Source of the DNA: an uncultured Thermodesulfobacteriota bacterium
GTDB taxonomy: Bacteria; Desulfobacterota; WTBG01; CAIYCZ01; CAIRTM01
DNA length: 64,000 nucleotides
NCBI GenBank assembly: GCA_964566035.1
Contig: CAZMHH010000007.1
Coordinates: 4,803-68,802 of the forward strand
Reading direction: 5' to 3'
Notes under the pieces: model-generated
Database searches by the model: none
What the model saw: the letters and a program-made list of their open reading frames with translations, nothing else
Told to the model about the DNA's origin: nothing
Position numbers and translations under genes: made by a program
In this document: one piece after another, positions 11,679 through 22,529 of the stretch
Layout: every line of letters begins with the position of its first letter
Numbering within the stretch: the stretch's first letter is position 1

Positions 11679-12683
11679 CTAAGTTCCGGGTGGAAAGGCA
11701 ATAACAGTTCCTGCTATATAGATGATGTAGAGCAGCAGCAGAATGATTCCCTTTTTTCTTGTCAGATTATATCCGAGTCTTAACATTATCAGCATTGCAC
11801 CCACAATTATAAACATTGAAGGAAACATGAAATAGGTTTCCTTTGGACTTAACGGCAGGTCGTTTGCTATTGCAGAGGCTCCGGCAACCCAGCAGATATT
11901 CATGATATCTGCTCCAAGTATATTGCCAACAGCTATTTCACCTCTTCCTTTTCGTGCAGCGGTGATGCAGGTTGCTATTTCTGGTACTGATGTTCCGAAT
12001 GCAACAAGTGTTAATGCTATTATAGCTTCAGGTATATTAAAAAAAAGAGCAATTGCGGTGGCTGAAGTTATGGCAAAACTGCTTGAGATAATTATACATA
12101 CAAGTGAAATAAAAAAAACTGCAAGGATTTTCAAGGTTGAGCCCGTAATATTTGAATTTTTTTCAGGTTGGCTCAATCCTGGTGAATCAGAAAGCGGTTT
12201 TTTTTGTTTAAAAAGAAAAATCATGTAGGCGGCAAAAGCAAGAACCAGGAAAATTCCTTCCCCTCTTGTCAGGCTATGGTCAAAGGCTACAAAAAGAAAT
12301 GTTATAAGTTGAATTATTATAAGAAACAACCCGGCGCTTTTTAATATTGAAGGGTTTATAAGAATGGGGGAGGCTGCAAACAGCCCTGCAAGTCCAAGAG
12401 CAAGCCCGTCATCGCATATTACTGAGCCTATGGCATTTCCAAGCGCCATTTCAGGACTGCCTTTCAGGGCAGCGGTAAGAGATACTGAAAGCTCAGGGGC
12501 AGTTGTTGCGAGCGAGACAAGTACAATGCCTATAACAATTTGAGGTATTTTCAGTTTATATGCAAGTCCTACAGCACTCTCTACAAAAATATCCGCAGAC
12601 TTGAAAAGGACAATAAAAGAGAATATTATTACAACAATGCTGACAGTCAGGCTTGAATGAATAAAAGGTTCTAAAAAATCCAT
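11679..12683 (-). CDS. Na+/Ca2+ exchanger, CaCA family (YrbG-like)
   Basis: Two alpha-repeat motifs, 'GNAIGSVICD' and 'GNILGADIMN', in a ~10-TM membrane protein. Confidence 0.8.
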   Translation of the reverse strand: MDFLEPFIHSSLTVSIVVIIFSFIVLFKSADIFVESAVGLAYKLKIPQIVIGIVLVSLATTAPELSVSLTAALKGSPEMALGNAIGSVICDDGLALGLAGLFAASPILINPSILKSAGLFLIIIQLITFLFVAFDHSLTRGEGIFLVLAFAAYMIFLFKQKKPLSDSPGLSQPEKNSNITGSTLKILAVFFISLVCIIISSSFAITSATAIALFFNIPEAIIALTLVAFGTSVPEIATCITAARKGRGEIAVGNILGADIMNICWVAGASAIANDLPLSPKETYFMFPSMFIIVGAMLIMLRLGYNLTRKKGIILLLLYIIYIAGTVIAFPPGT

Positions 12684-12862
12684 TTTTTATGAAGGGATGA
12701 TTAAATTAATATTTGAACTTGCTTTCTTCACTAATCAATCCTTTTAATTTTACAGATTATCTCAGAAGCAATTAAAAAATTCAATTTTTAGTTTGAAATA
12801 AGCCTGGTGTTTATGTTATTAATTTAAATTTATTATCTTTTTTCAAGGACTTTTTGTTTTTG

Positions 12863-14191
12863 ATGGAAAACATATTTATTTTTACTGTATCTGAACTTAA
12901 CAGGGCTGTCAAAAGCGATATTGAGCCTCTGTATAAAAATATATGGGTTGAGGGTGAAATTTCGAATGTGAGGATTCCTGTATCAGGGCACTGTTATTTC
13001 ACCCTTAAGGATGAGACAAGCCAGATTCGGGCTGTAATGTTCAGATTTAAGAACAGGCTGGTACAGTTCAGGCTTTCAGACGGTATGAAAATTATCTGCA
13101 AAGCTGACATAAACGTATATGAACCAAGGGGTGAATACCAGCTTCTGGTTGAGAAAATTGAGCCCAAAGGCGCAGGAGAGTTGCAGCTTGCATTTGAACA
13201 GCTTAAAAACAGACTCAGAGAAGAAGGTATTTTTGATGATAAACATAAAAAATCTCTGCCAATGCTTCCAAGAAGGGTTGCTGTTATAACATCGGCAACA
13301 GGAGCAGCTGTAAGAGATGTTATTCGGGTTATTAAAAACAGGTTCATTAATATGGATATACTGGTGGTACCCGTAAAGGTTCAGGGGGGAGGATCTGCTG
13401 AAGAAATAAGAAATGCAATTGAAACAATAAACAGAAAACAACTCTCAGATGTCATAATGCTTGCAAGAGGGGGAGGTTCTATTGAAGACCTATGGGCATT
13501 TAATGAAGAAATTGTTGCAAGAGCCGTTTATGGATCGCAGATTCCTGTGATAACAGGGATAGGTCATGAGGTTGATTTTACCATTGCAGATTTTGCAGCA
13601 GATGTCAGGGCAGCGACTCCTTCAGCAGCCGCTGAAACAGTGGTAAGGGAAAAAAGAGAGTTTTTAGAAATGTTAAAATACCTCTGTTTGAGAAGCAGGA
13701 AAAGTCTTGAAAACAGGCTGAGTTTTTATTCGCAAAAGTTACAAAATCTTTCTGCTCACATAAGCTCACCTGAAAAAATTATTATAACCCACAGGCTTAG
13801 ATGTGATGAGCTTAATATGAGGATTTGCCGGCTTATAGACAGAATAATGAGTATGAGGAAAAAAGAGGTTGCTTCATTAAAATCCCTGCTTTTTTCAAGA
13901 TCTCCTGTTGCAAAATTACAAAATGCAGCTGAAAGGCTTTCATATAACTTGAAGAACCTGAAAATTTTTACAGAGTCGGTTAAAAACAAGAAACAGTCTC
14001 ACTTTGCAAGTCTTGCGGGAAAGTTAAATGCCCTTAGTCCTTTGAATGTTCTTGAAAGGGGATACTCGATAACCAGAATGCTTCCTGATTTTAAGGTTGT
14101 AAGAGATGCATCAAATCTTAATAAGGGCGATATGGTTAATGTCAGACTCAGCCGGGGTGAGATTGAATGTTGTGTAGAGAAGGTAAAATAG
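12863..14191 (+). CDS. xseA: exodeoxyribonuclease VII large subunit
   Basis: 'FTVSELNRAVK...WVEGEISN...SGHCYFTLKD' matches the XseA OB-fold N-terminus. Start set to the in-frame ATG. Confidence 0.9.
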   Translation: MENIFIFTVSELNRAVKSDIEPLYKNIWVEGEISNVRIPVSGHCYFTLKDETSQIRAVMFRFKNRLVQFRLSDGMKIICKADINVYEPRGEYQLLVEKIEPKGAGELQLAFEQLKNRLREEGIFDDKHKKSLPMLPRRVAVITSATGAAVRDVIRVIKNRFINMDILVVPVKVQGGGSAEEIRNAIETINRKQLSDVIMLARGGGSIEDLWAFNEEIVARAVYGSQIPVITGIGHEVDFTIADFAADVRAATPSAAAETVVREKREFLEMLKYLCLRSRKSLENRLSFYSQKLQNLSAHISSPEKIIITHRLRCDELNMRICRLIDRIMSMRKKEVASLKSLLFSRSPVAKLQNAAERLSYNLKNLKIFTESVKNKKQSHFASLAGKLNALSPLNVLERGYSITRMLPDFKVVRDASNLNKGDMVNVRLSRGEIECCVEKVK

Positions 14192-14444
14192 CGTATATAC
14201 TTAAGGCTGTCAGGGAAAAAGGCTATGGGTGATGCCTATAAAACCCCTTCCGGGAATTCTTTCAGAATTATTTCACAGGATAAACAGGCTACAGGAAAAC
14301 ATTAAAGAGCAAATGGGCAGATGAGTGCACCGGGAAGTTGTGAGAGATAAATGCTGACTGGTTAAATTAATATACACATTATTGTATCAAGACTTTTTAT
14401 CGGTTTTGAACTAAAAATGACTTTAAAAGAGGTCTCTATTTATT

Positions 14445-14687
14445 ATGGCAAAAAAAACATTTGAAAAGGCTCTTTCAGAGCTTGAAAAAATAGTTGAGAA
14501 ACTTGAAAACCCTGATGTTGCCCTTGATGAGGCGCTGGTTTTTTTTGAGGAAGGTATCAAGCTGTCAAGATTCTGTGCGGAAAAACTTGAAGAGGCTGAA
14601 AGCAGGGTAAACATACTGCTCAAAGACAGTAAGGGGGAGTTTTATGAAAAACCCTTTGAAGAAGAGGAAGGACAGGATGGACTTTAA
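14445..14687 (+). CDS. xseB: exodeoxyribonuclease VII small subunit
   Basis: 80 aa; 'FEKALSELEKIVEKLENPDVALDEAL..FEEG' is the XseB signature. Confidence 0.85.
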   Translation: MAKKTFEKALSELEKIVEKLENPDVALDEALVFFEEGIKLSRFCAEKLEEAESRVNILLKDSKGEFYEKPFEEEEGQDGL

Positions 14688-15573
14688 CATCAATAAATAT
14701 ATTGAGCAGAATAAAAAGCTTGTGGATGACACTCTTGAAAGAATTATACCCCCTGAAACAGAATATCCTTTTAGTCTTCACAGGGCTATGAGATATTCGC
14801 TGTTTGCTGGCGGAAAAAGAATAAGACCCATTCTTGCCATTGCTGCATGTGAAGCTGTAGGGGGAGACCCCTTAAAAGTAGTCAGAGAGGCATGTGCGTT
14901 GGAGTTTATTCATACATATACACTGATACATGATGATCTTCCCTGTATGGATGATGATGATTATAGAAGAGGGAGGTTGACCCCGCATAAGGTTTTCGGA
15001 GAGGCAACTGCTGTTCTTGCAGGGGATGCTCTTCAGACAGCGGCTTTTAAGGTTCTTGCCGAAGGTTCTGCGATATCCGGTCATAGCCCTGAAAAAGTTA
15101 TCTCTGCAATAGATTTACTGGCCTTTTCAGCAGGATCACAAGGTGTTATAGGGGGGCAGGTTGTGGATCTTGAATCAGAAGGAAAAACAATTGACGAGAA
15201 AACCCTTGAGTATATTCATATGCATAAAACAGGAAAACTTATCTGTGCATCGGTTCTTTTAGGGGCGTTGTTTGGAAATGCTTTAGAGTCAGAGATTATA
15301 AATCTCAGGAAATACGGTGAAGCCATAGGGCTTGCATTTCAGATAACAGATGATATTCTTGATGTGGTTGGAAACACTGAGGATCTTGGCAAAACAACCG
15401 GCAGTGATGAGAAGAAAGGCAAGGCAACCTATCCGTCTATTGTCGGGTTAGAGGTTGCAAAAGGGTTGCAGGTAAAGTATTATAGAGAATCTATTGAGGC
15501 TCTAAAATGTTTTGAGGAAAAAGCCTCTGCTCTTAGGGAAATAGCAAGAATAGTTGTGAAAAGGACAAATTGA
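14677..15573 (+). CDS. ispA: farnesyl diphosphate synthase / geranyltranstransferase
   Basis: First aspartate-rich motif 'LIHDDLPCMDDDDYRRG' and second 'ITDDILD'. The ATG overlaps the xseB stop by 11 nt. Confidence 0.85.
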   Translation: MDFNINKYIEQNKKLVDDTLERIIPPETEYPFSLHRAMRYSLFAGGKRIRPILAIAACEAVGGDPLKVVREACALEFIHTYTLIHDDLPCMDDDDYRRGRLTPHKVFGEATAVLAGDALQTAAFKVLAEGSAISGHSPEKVISAIDLLAFSAGSQGVIGGQVVDLESEGKTIDEKTLEYIHMHKTGKLICASVLLGALFGNALESEIINLRKYGEAIGLAFQITDDILDVVGNTEDLGKTTGSDEKKGKATYPSIVGLEVAKGLQVKYYRESIEALKCFEEKASALREIARIVVKRTN

Positions 15574-15599
15574 AAAATACTTCCAGAAGAGGTAATTGA

Positions 15600-17486
15600 A
15601 TGTTAGAAAAAATAAATTCACCGGATGATTTAAAAAAATTCAAAATTAATGAACTTCCAGATATTGCCCAGGAAATTCGTGATTTGATAATTGATACCGT
15701 TTCAAAAACAGGAGGGCATCTTGCTGCCAGTCTTGGTGTTGTTGAGCTTACACTTGCCATTCATTATGTTTTTAATTCTCCAGAGGATAAAATTATATGG
15801 GATGTGGGGCATCAGGCTTATGCCCATAAAATAATTACAGGCAGGAAGGATGCTTTCCATACGCTTAGACAGTATGGTGGATTGAGCGGTTTTCCCAAGA
15901 GAGAGGAAAGTTGCTATGATACTTTCAATGTGGGACACAGCAGCACTTCAATATCTGCGGCAATAGGCATGGCACAGGCAAGATGTTTAAAGGGTGATAA
16001 AAATAAAGTCGTTGCTGTAATAGGAGACGGTTCTCTAATGGCAGGTATGGCTCTGGAAGGTTTAAACTACGCAGGTCATGTTAACAAGGATGTTATTATT
16101 ATCCTCAATGACAATGAAATGTCAATTTCTCCCAATGTGGGCGCTCTTTCTTCCGTGCTTTCCCGTATAATTTCAGGGCAGGCATATAATAAGTTCAGGG
16201 ATGAGGTTAGAGTTCTTCTTGAAAAAATACCAGGGATTGGAGAACCTGTCTATAAAGTGCTGCGCCAGTCAGAAGGATTTTTTAAAAGTCTTTTTGTTCC
16301 GGGTATGATATTTGAGGAACTTGGCTTTGTGTATATAGGTCCTGTTCTCGGGCATAAGATAGAACTGCTTGTTGAAAACCTCAAAAATATAAAAAATCTA
16401 AGCGGTCCCATACTCTTGCATGTTATAACAAAAAAAGGTAAAGGCTATAAATATGCGGAAAACAACCCGACATTTTTTCATGGAGTTGGTCCCTTTGATA
16501 AGGATACCGGTGAAACCAGGTCTTCAAGCAAAGCGATAAGCTATACTTCTGTTTTTGGAGAAACACTTACAAAAATAGCCTCTAAGGATCCACGTGTTGT
16601 AGCAATCACAGCAGGAATGACAAGCGGAACAGGGCTTGACAAATTCAGGCAGGAATACCCCGAACGTTTTATTGATGTGGGAATCGCTGAGCAGCATGCA
16701 ATAACATTTGCAGCAGGTATGGCAACGGAAGGATACAGACCTGTTGCAGCCATTTATTCAACTTTTCTGCAAAGAGCCTTTGACCAGGTTCTACATGATG
16801 TGTGCATGCAAAATCTGCCAGTTACATTTGTTCTTGACAGAGCAGGTATTGTGGGTGATGACGGGTCTACACATCACGGGCTTTTTGATATTTCATACCT
16901 GAGTCCTCTGCCCAATCTTGTTTTTATGTCACCCAAGGATGAGAATGAACTCCGTCATATGATTTTTACATCATTAACAATAGAGCAACCTGTTGCCATA
17001 AGGTATCCAAGAGGCGCCGGTGAGGGGGTATCCCTTGATCCTGAGTTTTACAAGATGCCGGTTGGCAAGGCAGAGGTTTTAAGAGATGGAAAAGATATTG
17101 CAATATTTGCTGTTGGCTCAACTGTCTATCCTGCATTTACTGCTGCAGAACGTCTTCTATCTCAAGGAATAGACTGTGCAGTCATTAACGCCAGGTTTAT
17201 CAAACCACTGGATGAGGATATTCTTTTTAAATATGCTGCAAGTGTGAAAAAGATGATTACTGTTGAGGAAAATGTTCTGCACGGGGGGTATGGATCTGCT
17301 TTACTTGAAAAACTTCACAGCAGGGGGTTACTGCTTGATGTGGTATGTCTTGGTATACCGGATCTTTTTGTTGAACACGGAACACAGCAGAAACTCAGGG
17401 CAAAGTATGGGATAGACTCTGATGGAATTTATTCAGCAGCAATGAAGATTATGAAAAATGATAAGAAAAGCAAAGCTGCCTCTTGA
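15600..17486 (+). CDS. dxs: 1-deoxy-D-xylulose-5-phosphate synthase
   Basis: TPP-binding 'GDGSLMAGMALEGLN' and the transketolase-like pyrimidine-binding and C-terminal domains. Canonical xseB-ispA-dxs synteny. Confidence 0.95.
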   Translation: MLEKINSPDDLKKFKINELPDIAQEIRDLIIDTVSKTGGHLAASLGVVELTLAIHYVFNSPEDKIIWDVGHQAYAHKIITGRKDAFHTLRQYGGLSGFPKREESCYDTFNVGHSSTSISAAIGMAQARCLKGDKNKVVAVIGDGSLMAGMALEGLNYAGHVNKDVIIILNDNEMSISPNVGALSSVLSRIISGQAYNKFRDEVRVLLEKIPGIGEPVYKVLRQSEGFFKSLFVPGMIFEELGFVYIGPVLGHKIELLVENLKNIKNLSGPILLHVITKKGKGYKYAENNPTFFHGVGPFDKDTGETRSSSKAISYTSVFGETLTKIASKDPRVVAITAGMTSGTGLDKFRQEYPERFIDVGIAEQHAITFAAGMATEGYRPVAAIYSTFLQRAFDQVLHDVCMQNLPVTFVLDRAGIVGDDGSTHHGLFDISYLSPLPNLVFMSPKDENELRHMIFTSLTIEQPVAIRYPRGAGEGVSLDPEFYKMPVGKAEVLRDGKDIAIFAVGSTVYPAFTAAERLLSQGIDCAVINARFIKPLDEDILFKYAASVKKMITVEENVLHGGYGSALLEKLHSRGLLLDVVCLGIPDLFVEHGTQQKLRAKYGIDSDGIYSAAMKIMKNDKKSKAAS

Positions 17487-18204
17487 CAAACTTCTTACTG
17501 AAAAAAAACTTGCTCCCGACCTGAAGTCTGCAAGGGCGCTTATAATGGCAGGCAGGGTGGTTGTTGATGATAAAAGAGCTGACAAAGCAGGTTCTCTTTT
17601 CTCCTCTAAGTCAAATATCCGTATAAAAAAGAGTTTTTCAGGAGAATTTGCAGGCAGAGGCGGGATTAAACTTGCGACTCCTCTGGATCTTTTTAAAATA
17701 GATGTTGCCGGTAAAACAGTTATTGATGTTGGAGCTTCAACAGGGGGGTTTACAGACTGTCTTCTTCAAAGAGGAGCTTCAATGGTATTTGCAGTAGATG
17801 TAGGTTACGGTCAGCTTGCATGGAAACTACGGATAGACAAAAGAGTTACAGTTCTTGATCGGACAAACATCAAAGCGTTAAAAACCTGCGATTTAAATCC
17901 AGTGCCACAGTTTGCCGTTATCGATGCATCTTTCATATCCCTTAAAAACATATTTTCTCATACCCTTTCTCTTATATCTGACAAAGGTGAACTGCTTGCC
18001 CTTCTAAAACCGCAGTTCGAAGCCGGAAGGGCAGAGGTGGAAAAAGGCGGTATTGTCAAAGACGAAATGATATACCAGCGGCTTATGCAGGAGATTGTAG
18101 CCCTTTGTTTTGAACTTGGACTAATGGTTTGCGGAATAACAGAATCACCTGTCAAGGGAAGAAAGGGAAACAGGGAGTTTTTTATTTATCTAAAAAAACA
18201 GTAA
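17458..18204 (+). CDS. tlyA: TlyA family rRNA 2'-O-methyltransferase
   Basis: S4-like N-terminus and SAM motif 'VIDVGASTGGFTDCLLQRGA'. Overlaps the dxs 3' end. Confidence 0.85.
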   Translation: MIRKAKLPLDKLLTEKKLAPDLKSARALIMAGRVVVDDKRADKAGSLFSSKSNIRIKKSFSGEFAGRGGIKLATPLDLFKIDVAGKTVIDVGASTGGFTDCLLQRGASMVFAVDVGYGQLAWKLRIDKRVTVLDRTNIKALKTCDLNPVPQFAVIDASFISLKNIFSHTLSLISDKGELLALLKPQFEAGRAEVEKGGIVKDEMIYQRLMQEIVALCFELGLMVCGITESPVKGRKGNREFFIYLKKQ

Positions 18205-18282
18205 AGCAATATAGCATATTTTGCCCACGCTGTTCAACAGGTGGCCTTTCTAATATGGTTTGCTATAGGAACCGTTTTTTAG

Positions 18283-19470
18283 TTATTGTTTTTGAATTTG
18301 TTTAAAAGCTAAACTCCTTTTATCCATCATTTCCTCATAAAGTCCAGCAATTCTTTTAATCATATCAGTAACAGAGAACTCTTTTATTGCTGTATCAACA
18401 CCATGCTCTGCTATCTGTTTTCTAAGAGCAGGATTTTTCAGAAGCAGCACAACCTTTTCAGCCATCATCTCAACATTGCCTGCCGGAATCAGAAAACCGT
18501 TTTTACCGTCTTCTATTACTTCAGTAACACCGTCAACAGCATTTGCAGCGACAGGAAGTCCTGATGCCATTGCCTGAGGAATAACACGGGGAAGTCCTTC
18601 CCACAGGGAGGTTAGAATAAATACGTCAAAGCACTTGAGCAGAGCAGCAACATCAGACCGAATACCAGGCAGGAAAATACTGCTTTCAAGCTGCATCTGA
18701 CTTATCATATTTTCAGTTTCATTTCGTAAGGGTCCGTCACCTATAAAAACAAACTGGGTTTCAGGAATACTCTTTTTAATAAGATGAGCTGTTTTGACAA
18801 AACCAGAAGGATTTTTCTGTGCTGATAACCTTCCCACTGTTCCCACAACTGGTCTTTTCGGGTGTAATCCAAGCTCTTTTTTTAAGGTTGCGGTATCATA
18901 ATCATTCTTTAAAAAAGGCTTGAGTTCTATTGAACTGTGGATGGTAGTATATTTTTTTTCAGAGCCAATACCGTCGTGCAGCCCTTTTTCTGAATTTAAC
19001 CTTGAAACCACAATAAGCTTATCGGTCAGCTTTTCACAAAACCTTTCAAGTAAATAAAAGGTTTGTTTCATAAAAAAGCTTTGATGGTCATGGTAACCCC
19101 AACCGTGGACGGTATGAATTATTACTGGCACCATGGCTGCTTTTGCTGCGAGTCTTCCAATTATTCCTGCCTTTGAACTGTGAGTATGCACTACATGGGG
19201 TTTTTCGGATTTAAATATGCGGTACATTTTCATTAAAGCGGTAAAATCCTTAAAAGGGCTTGGCTGTCTGACAAGTTCGGGAATGGTTGCAAGAAGTATG
19301 TTTTTTTCTTGAGCCTCAGGTATCAGGCTGCCCTCAGGCCCCGTCTGCTGACCTGTAATAATTTTAGCATCAAATCTTTTTTTATCAAGCAGGGTGCAGG
19401 TGTCTATTGTGTTCTGCTGTGCACCTCCAACAATAAGTCGAGTAATAGGATGAATTACCTTTATTTTCAT
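18283..19470 (-). CDS. glycosyltransferase family 4
   Basis: GT-B fold. 'EGLPRVIPQAMASGLPV' matches the E-x7-E motif. Confidence 0.8.
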   Translation of the reverse strand: MKIKVIHPITRLIVGGAQQNTIDTCTLLDKKRFDAKIITGQQTGPEGSLIPEAQEKNILLATIPELVRQPSPFKDFTALMKMYRIFKSEKPHVVHTHSSKAGIIGRLAAKAAMVPVIIHTVHGWGYHDHQSFFMKQTFYLLERFCEKLTDKLIVVSRLNSEKGLHDGIGSEKKYTTIHSSIELKPFLKNDYDTATLKKELGLHPKRPVVGTVGRLSAQKNPSGFVKTAHLIKKSIPETQFVFIGDGPLRNETENMISQMQLESSIFLPGIRSDVAALLKCFDVFILTSLWEGLPRVIPQAMASGLPVAANAVDGVTEVIEDGKNGFLIPAGNVEMMAEKVVLLLKNPALRKQIAEHGVDTAIKEFSVTDMIKRIAGLYEEMMDKRSLAFKQIQKQ

Positions 19471-19733
19471 ATTATTTTAACAGTTATATAAATGAAAAAC
19501 TTTTAACCTTGTTACTTGCGATCTTTAAGTGATATAACGACCATGGCCACAGCCACTGAGCAAGCCAGGGGCTCTGCTTATGAGCCAAGGATTTAACAAC
19601 AACAAATTATCCTTTATTGTTTTTATAATGTCAAAAGGTTTAATCCATGCATTGTTTTTAATTATTGACATAAAGGACATTTTATAATTATAGTAAGTAT
19701 TTAACTCGATTGAATTTTTTCAGGAAGAGGAAG

Positions 19734-21041
19734 ATGAACATTAATAAAAACGATCTGTTGAAAAAAATTGATAATAAAAGCTTTGTTACAGGTGTTATAG
19801 GGCTTGGTTATGTCGGTCTGCCCCTTCTTAACTGTTTTGTCGAAAAAGGTTTCACGTCAATAGGGTTTGATGTCGATAAAAAGAAAATCGATATCCTGAA
19901 CAGAGGAGAGTCATATATAAAACATATTCCGCCTGAACGGATTAAACAAGTTATTAGGACAGGAAATTTTAAGGCAACTGCTGATTTTTCATATCTTTCT
20001 GATTGTGATGCAGTACTTATTGCAGTTCCAACACCATTGAACAAGAACAGAGAGCCGGATATGACGTTTGTTGAATTAACCTGCAACACAATAGCCCGTT
20101 TTTTAAGAAAAGGGCAACTTGTCGTTCTTGAATCAACAACATATCCCGGTACGACAGATGAGCTTATGATACCTATACTTGAAAAAAGCGGTTTAAAAGT
20201 AAATTCTGATTTTTATGCTGCCTTTTCTCCGGAAAGAGAAGACCCAAACAACACTGATTACAGCACGGAAACAATACCAAAAGTTGTAGGTGGTTCGTCG
20301 GAAGATGCGCTGGAGGTGGCTGTAAGGCTTTATGAAAACATAGTTGTTAAGACTGTTGCTGTCTCCTCGACAAAAGTTGCTGAGGCAACAAAACTCATGG
20401 AAAATATATTCCGATCTGTAAACATTGCGCTTGTAAATGAGCTTAAAGTCACCTTCATGAAGATGGGAATAGATATATGGGAAGTTATTAATGCTGCAAA
20501 AACAAAACCTTTTGGTTATATGCCTTTTTATCCCGGGCCGGGGCTTGGAGGCCATTGCATTCCGATAGATCCCTTTTATCTCACATGGAAGGCAAGGGAG
20601 TATGGAATTGCAACAAGGTTCATAGAGCTTGCAGGAGAAATAAATGTATCAATGCCATATTTTGTTGTAGAAAGGGCAATGGATGTTTTAAATGAACAGG
20701 GGAGAGCTTTAAAGGGCGCTAAAGTACTTCTTATGGGACTTGCATATAAAACTGATGTTGATGATGACAGAGAGTCTCCTTCATACCGTATAATGGAACT
20801 TCTTGAGGAAAAAGGGGCGGTCGTCAGTTATAACGATCCCTATATTCCTGTAATAAAACCTTCAAGGGAGTATGCCAGATATGCTGGAAGAAGATCTGTT
20901 TCAATAGATGAAAGTTATGATCTTATAATAATCTGCACGGGGCACAGTCAATACAGGGAAATTGATTTCAAAAGTCTCAAAAAACCTGTTCTTGATACAA
21001 GAAACATTATAAATGAGAACAGCCTTATATTTAAAGCATAA
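19734..21041 (+). CDS. nucleotide-sugar dehydrogenase (UDP-N-acetyl-D-mannosamine/glucosamine 6-dehydrogenase family, WecC/WbpA-like)
   Basis: N-terminal Rossmann 'VIGLGYVGLP' and catalytic 'GGHCIPID'. Start moved to the ATG preceded by AGGAAGAGGAAG. Confidence 0.8.
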   Translation: MNINKNDLLKKIDNKSFVTGVIGLGYVGLPLLNCFVEKGFTSIGFDVDKKKIDILNRGESYIKHIPPERIKQVIRTGNFKATADFSYLSDCDAVLIAVPTPLNKNREPDMTFVELTCNTIARFLRKGQLVVLESTTYPGTTDELMIPILEKSGLKVNSDFYAAFSPEREDPNNTDYSTETIPKVVGGSSEDALEVAVRLYENIVVKTVAVSSTKVAEATKLMENIFRSVNIALVNELKVTFMKMGIDIWEVINAAKTKPFGYMPFYPGPGLGGHCIPIDPFYLTWKAREYGIATRFIELAGEINVSMPYFVVERAMDVLNEQGRALKGAKVLLMGLAYKTDVDDDRESPSYRIMELLEEKGAVVSYNDPYIPVIKPSREYARYAGRRSVSIDESYDLIIICTGHSQYREIDFKSLKKPVLDTRNIINENSLIFKA

Positions 21042-21321
21042 CCAGAAGAATAAGTTGGCAGGTTTTGTTGCGCAAACGATAAAATTGTTATTGTAAACCG
21101 CGTTTTACGGAAAATATATACACCGCTCCTTGTAAATCATGGATTTAACCTTTAATGAAATCTACTCAGAGCTTTCAAGCAAAATCAGAGACCTTTTAAA
21201 AGTTCTTTGATGTGTACTTTTACCTTGACACTCGCAATTGAATGGTAGTATTCTTTAGAAATGTATTATTTTGTTGAAATGTATTTAAAACAGGAAATAA
21301 TATAAAGAAAAGGAGTAAGAA

Positions 21322-21858
21322 ATGTCAAGCCTTACACAGAAACAGCTCTACGACGAAATTGTTGAATATCTTGAAACAACAAATATATGTACCCTTGCCT
21401 TTGCATACAACAATATTCCAAGGGCGACACCGGTTGAATACCGCAATGACGGCGCTAATCTTTATGTCGTGACAGAAGGCAGAAGTCATCAAATGTATGA
21501 TGCAGGGGAGAAGGATAAGGTGGTTGAGTGGAAGAAAATGTTTATTGAACGAAATCCACGTTGTTGTGTGGGTATTATATCACCATATTTTGGCTTCAAG
21601 TCAACCCGCGGATTGAGAATGTGGGGAAATGCAGAGGTTTTTCATAAAGGTGAGCCTGAATGGGAAAAAGGTTGTGAACTGCTTCATGTTGAGAGACAGT
21701 TGGCAGATTTTGACCAGACAGAAATTCCTGATTTTCTTGTTATCATTAAAATTGTTCCCGAGATGATCCAGTACTATAATATAGTAAAGGGAATAAAGCG
21801 CGGTTTATGGATATCTCCCAATGTAAATCCTGATTCATGGAACTGTCCTTGGGAATAA
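21322..21858 (+). CDS. hypothetical protein, possibly PNPOx-like FMN-binding split-barrel
   Basis: N-terminal '...TLAF..N.IPRATPVEY..DG.NLYVVT' resembles the pyridoxamine-5'-phosphate-oxidase-like fold. Weak. Confidence 0.35.
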   Translation: MSSLTQKQLYDEIVEYLETTNICTLAFAYNNIPRATPVEYRNDGANLYVVTEGRSHQMYDAGEKDKVVEWKKMFIERNPRCCVGIISPYFGFKSTRGLRMWGNAEVFHKGEPEWEKGCELLHVERQLADFDQTEIPDFLVIIKIVPEMIQYYNIVKGIKRGLWISPNVNPDSWNCPWE

Positions 21859-21911
21859 AGAAAAGTATCTTTAATAAGGGCAGAGATGGTAATTGCTTGA
21901 AAGATTTTTTG

Positions 21912-22529
21912 TTAAGAATTATTTGGTCTGTTTTCTGATCCTGTTTCAGGAAGATTAAAAATAGAAAGTTTTTGGGAGATGTTTTTTGCTATTGTGTTTA
22001 TCTTTGTAATATCTTCTATTGTTTTTTCTCTGTTAGCAAATGAAATATTTCTTGCTGCGGAGGAAAGTTCTGCATGTTCTTTTTTTACTGAATAGATAAT
22101 TTGTGAAAGATTATCAATCATTTTATTTATTTCATCAGCATCTGACTTAAAAAAATCCTTTTCTCTCAGCTTTATCTTTCTTGTGAAATCACCGCAGGCG
22201 ATTTTACGAAATGTGTTTCTGAAATTTACAAGAGGACCGCATATTCTATGGGATAGAAATATGTGGTTTATTGCAAAGAGTATTACAACAGCAATTATGG
22301 CAAGGGGAAGTTTGGCTGTAATATTGAGATAAATCATTGTTGCATAATATTGAGCCTCGCTTGAACCTGGTTTGAACATTATTCCAATAACAGGAAGTAT
22401 TATTACAGCCACTGTAATAATAACAACAAGAAAAATATAGAAGAGATTTGCTGCAAAAAGTTTTAACTGAACTTCTTTGTTAATAAGATAATTAACCAGT
22501 TTTCTGTTCTTGTTTTTACTAAAAAGCAT
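21912..22529 (-). CDS. membrane protein with two TM helices and a HAMP domain, no output domain
   Basis: Hydrophobic segments, then 'HRICGPLVNFRNTFRKIACGDFTRKI...DEINKMIDNL', which is a HAMP-like amphipathic motif. Its start overlaps the upstream pilin-like gene stop. Confidence 0.5.
   Translation of the reverse strand: MLFSKNKNRKLVNYLINKEVQLKLFAANLFYIFLVVIITVAVIILPVIGIMFKPGSSEAQYYATMIYLNITAKLPLAIIAVVILFAINHIFLSHRICGPLVNFRNTFRKIACGDFTRKIKLREKDFFKSDADEINKMIDNLSQIIYSVKKEHAELSSAARNISFANREKTIEDITKINTIAKNISQKLSIFNLPETGSENRPNNS

Noticed and set aside
21225-21253. Promoter candidate TTGACA-15-TAGTAT upstream of the 21322 hypothetical gene
   Set aside because: Suboptimal spacer and -10 element. Not distinctive enough in AT-rich DNA to report as a feature.
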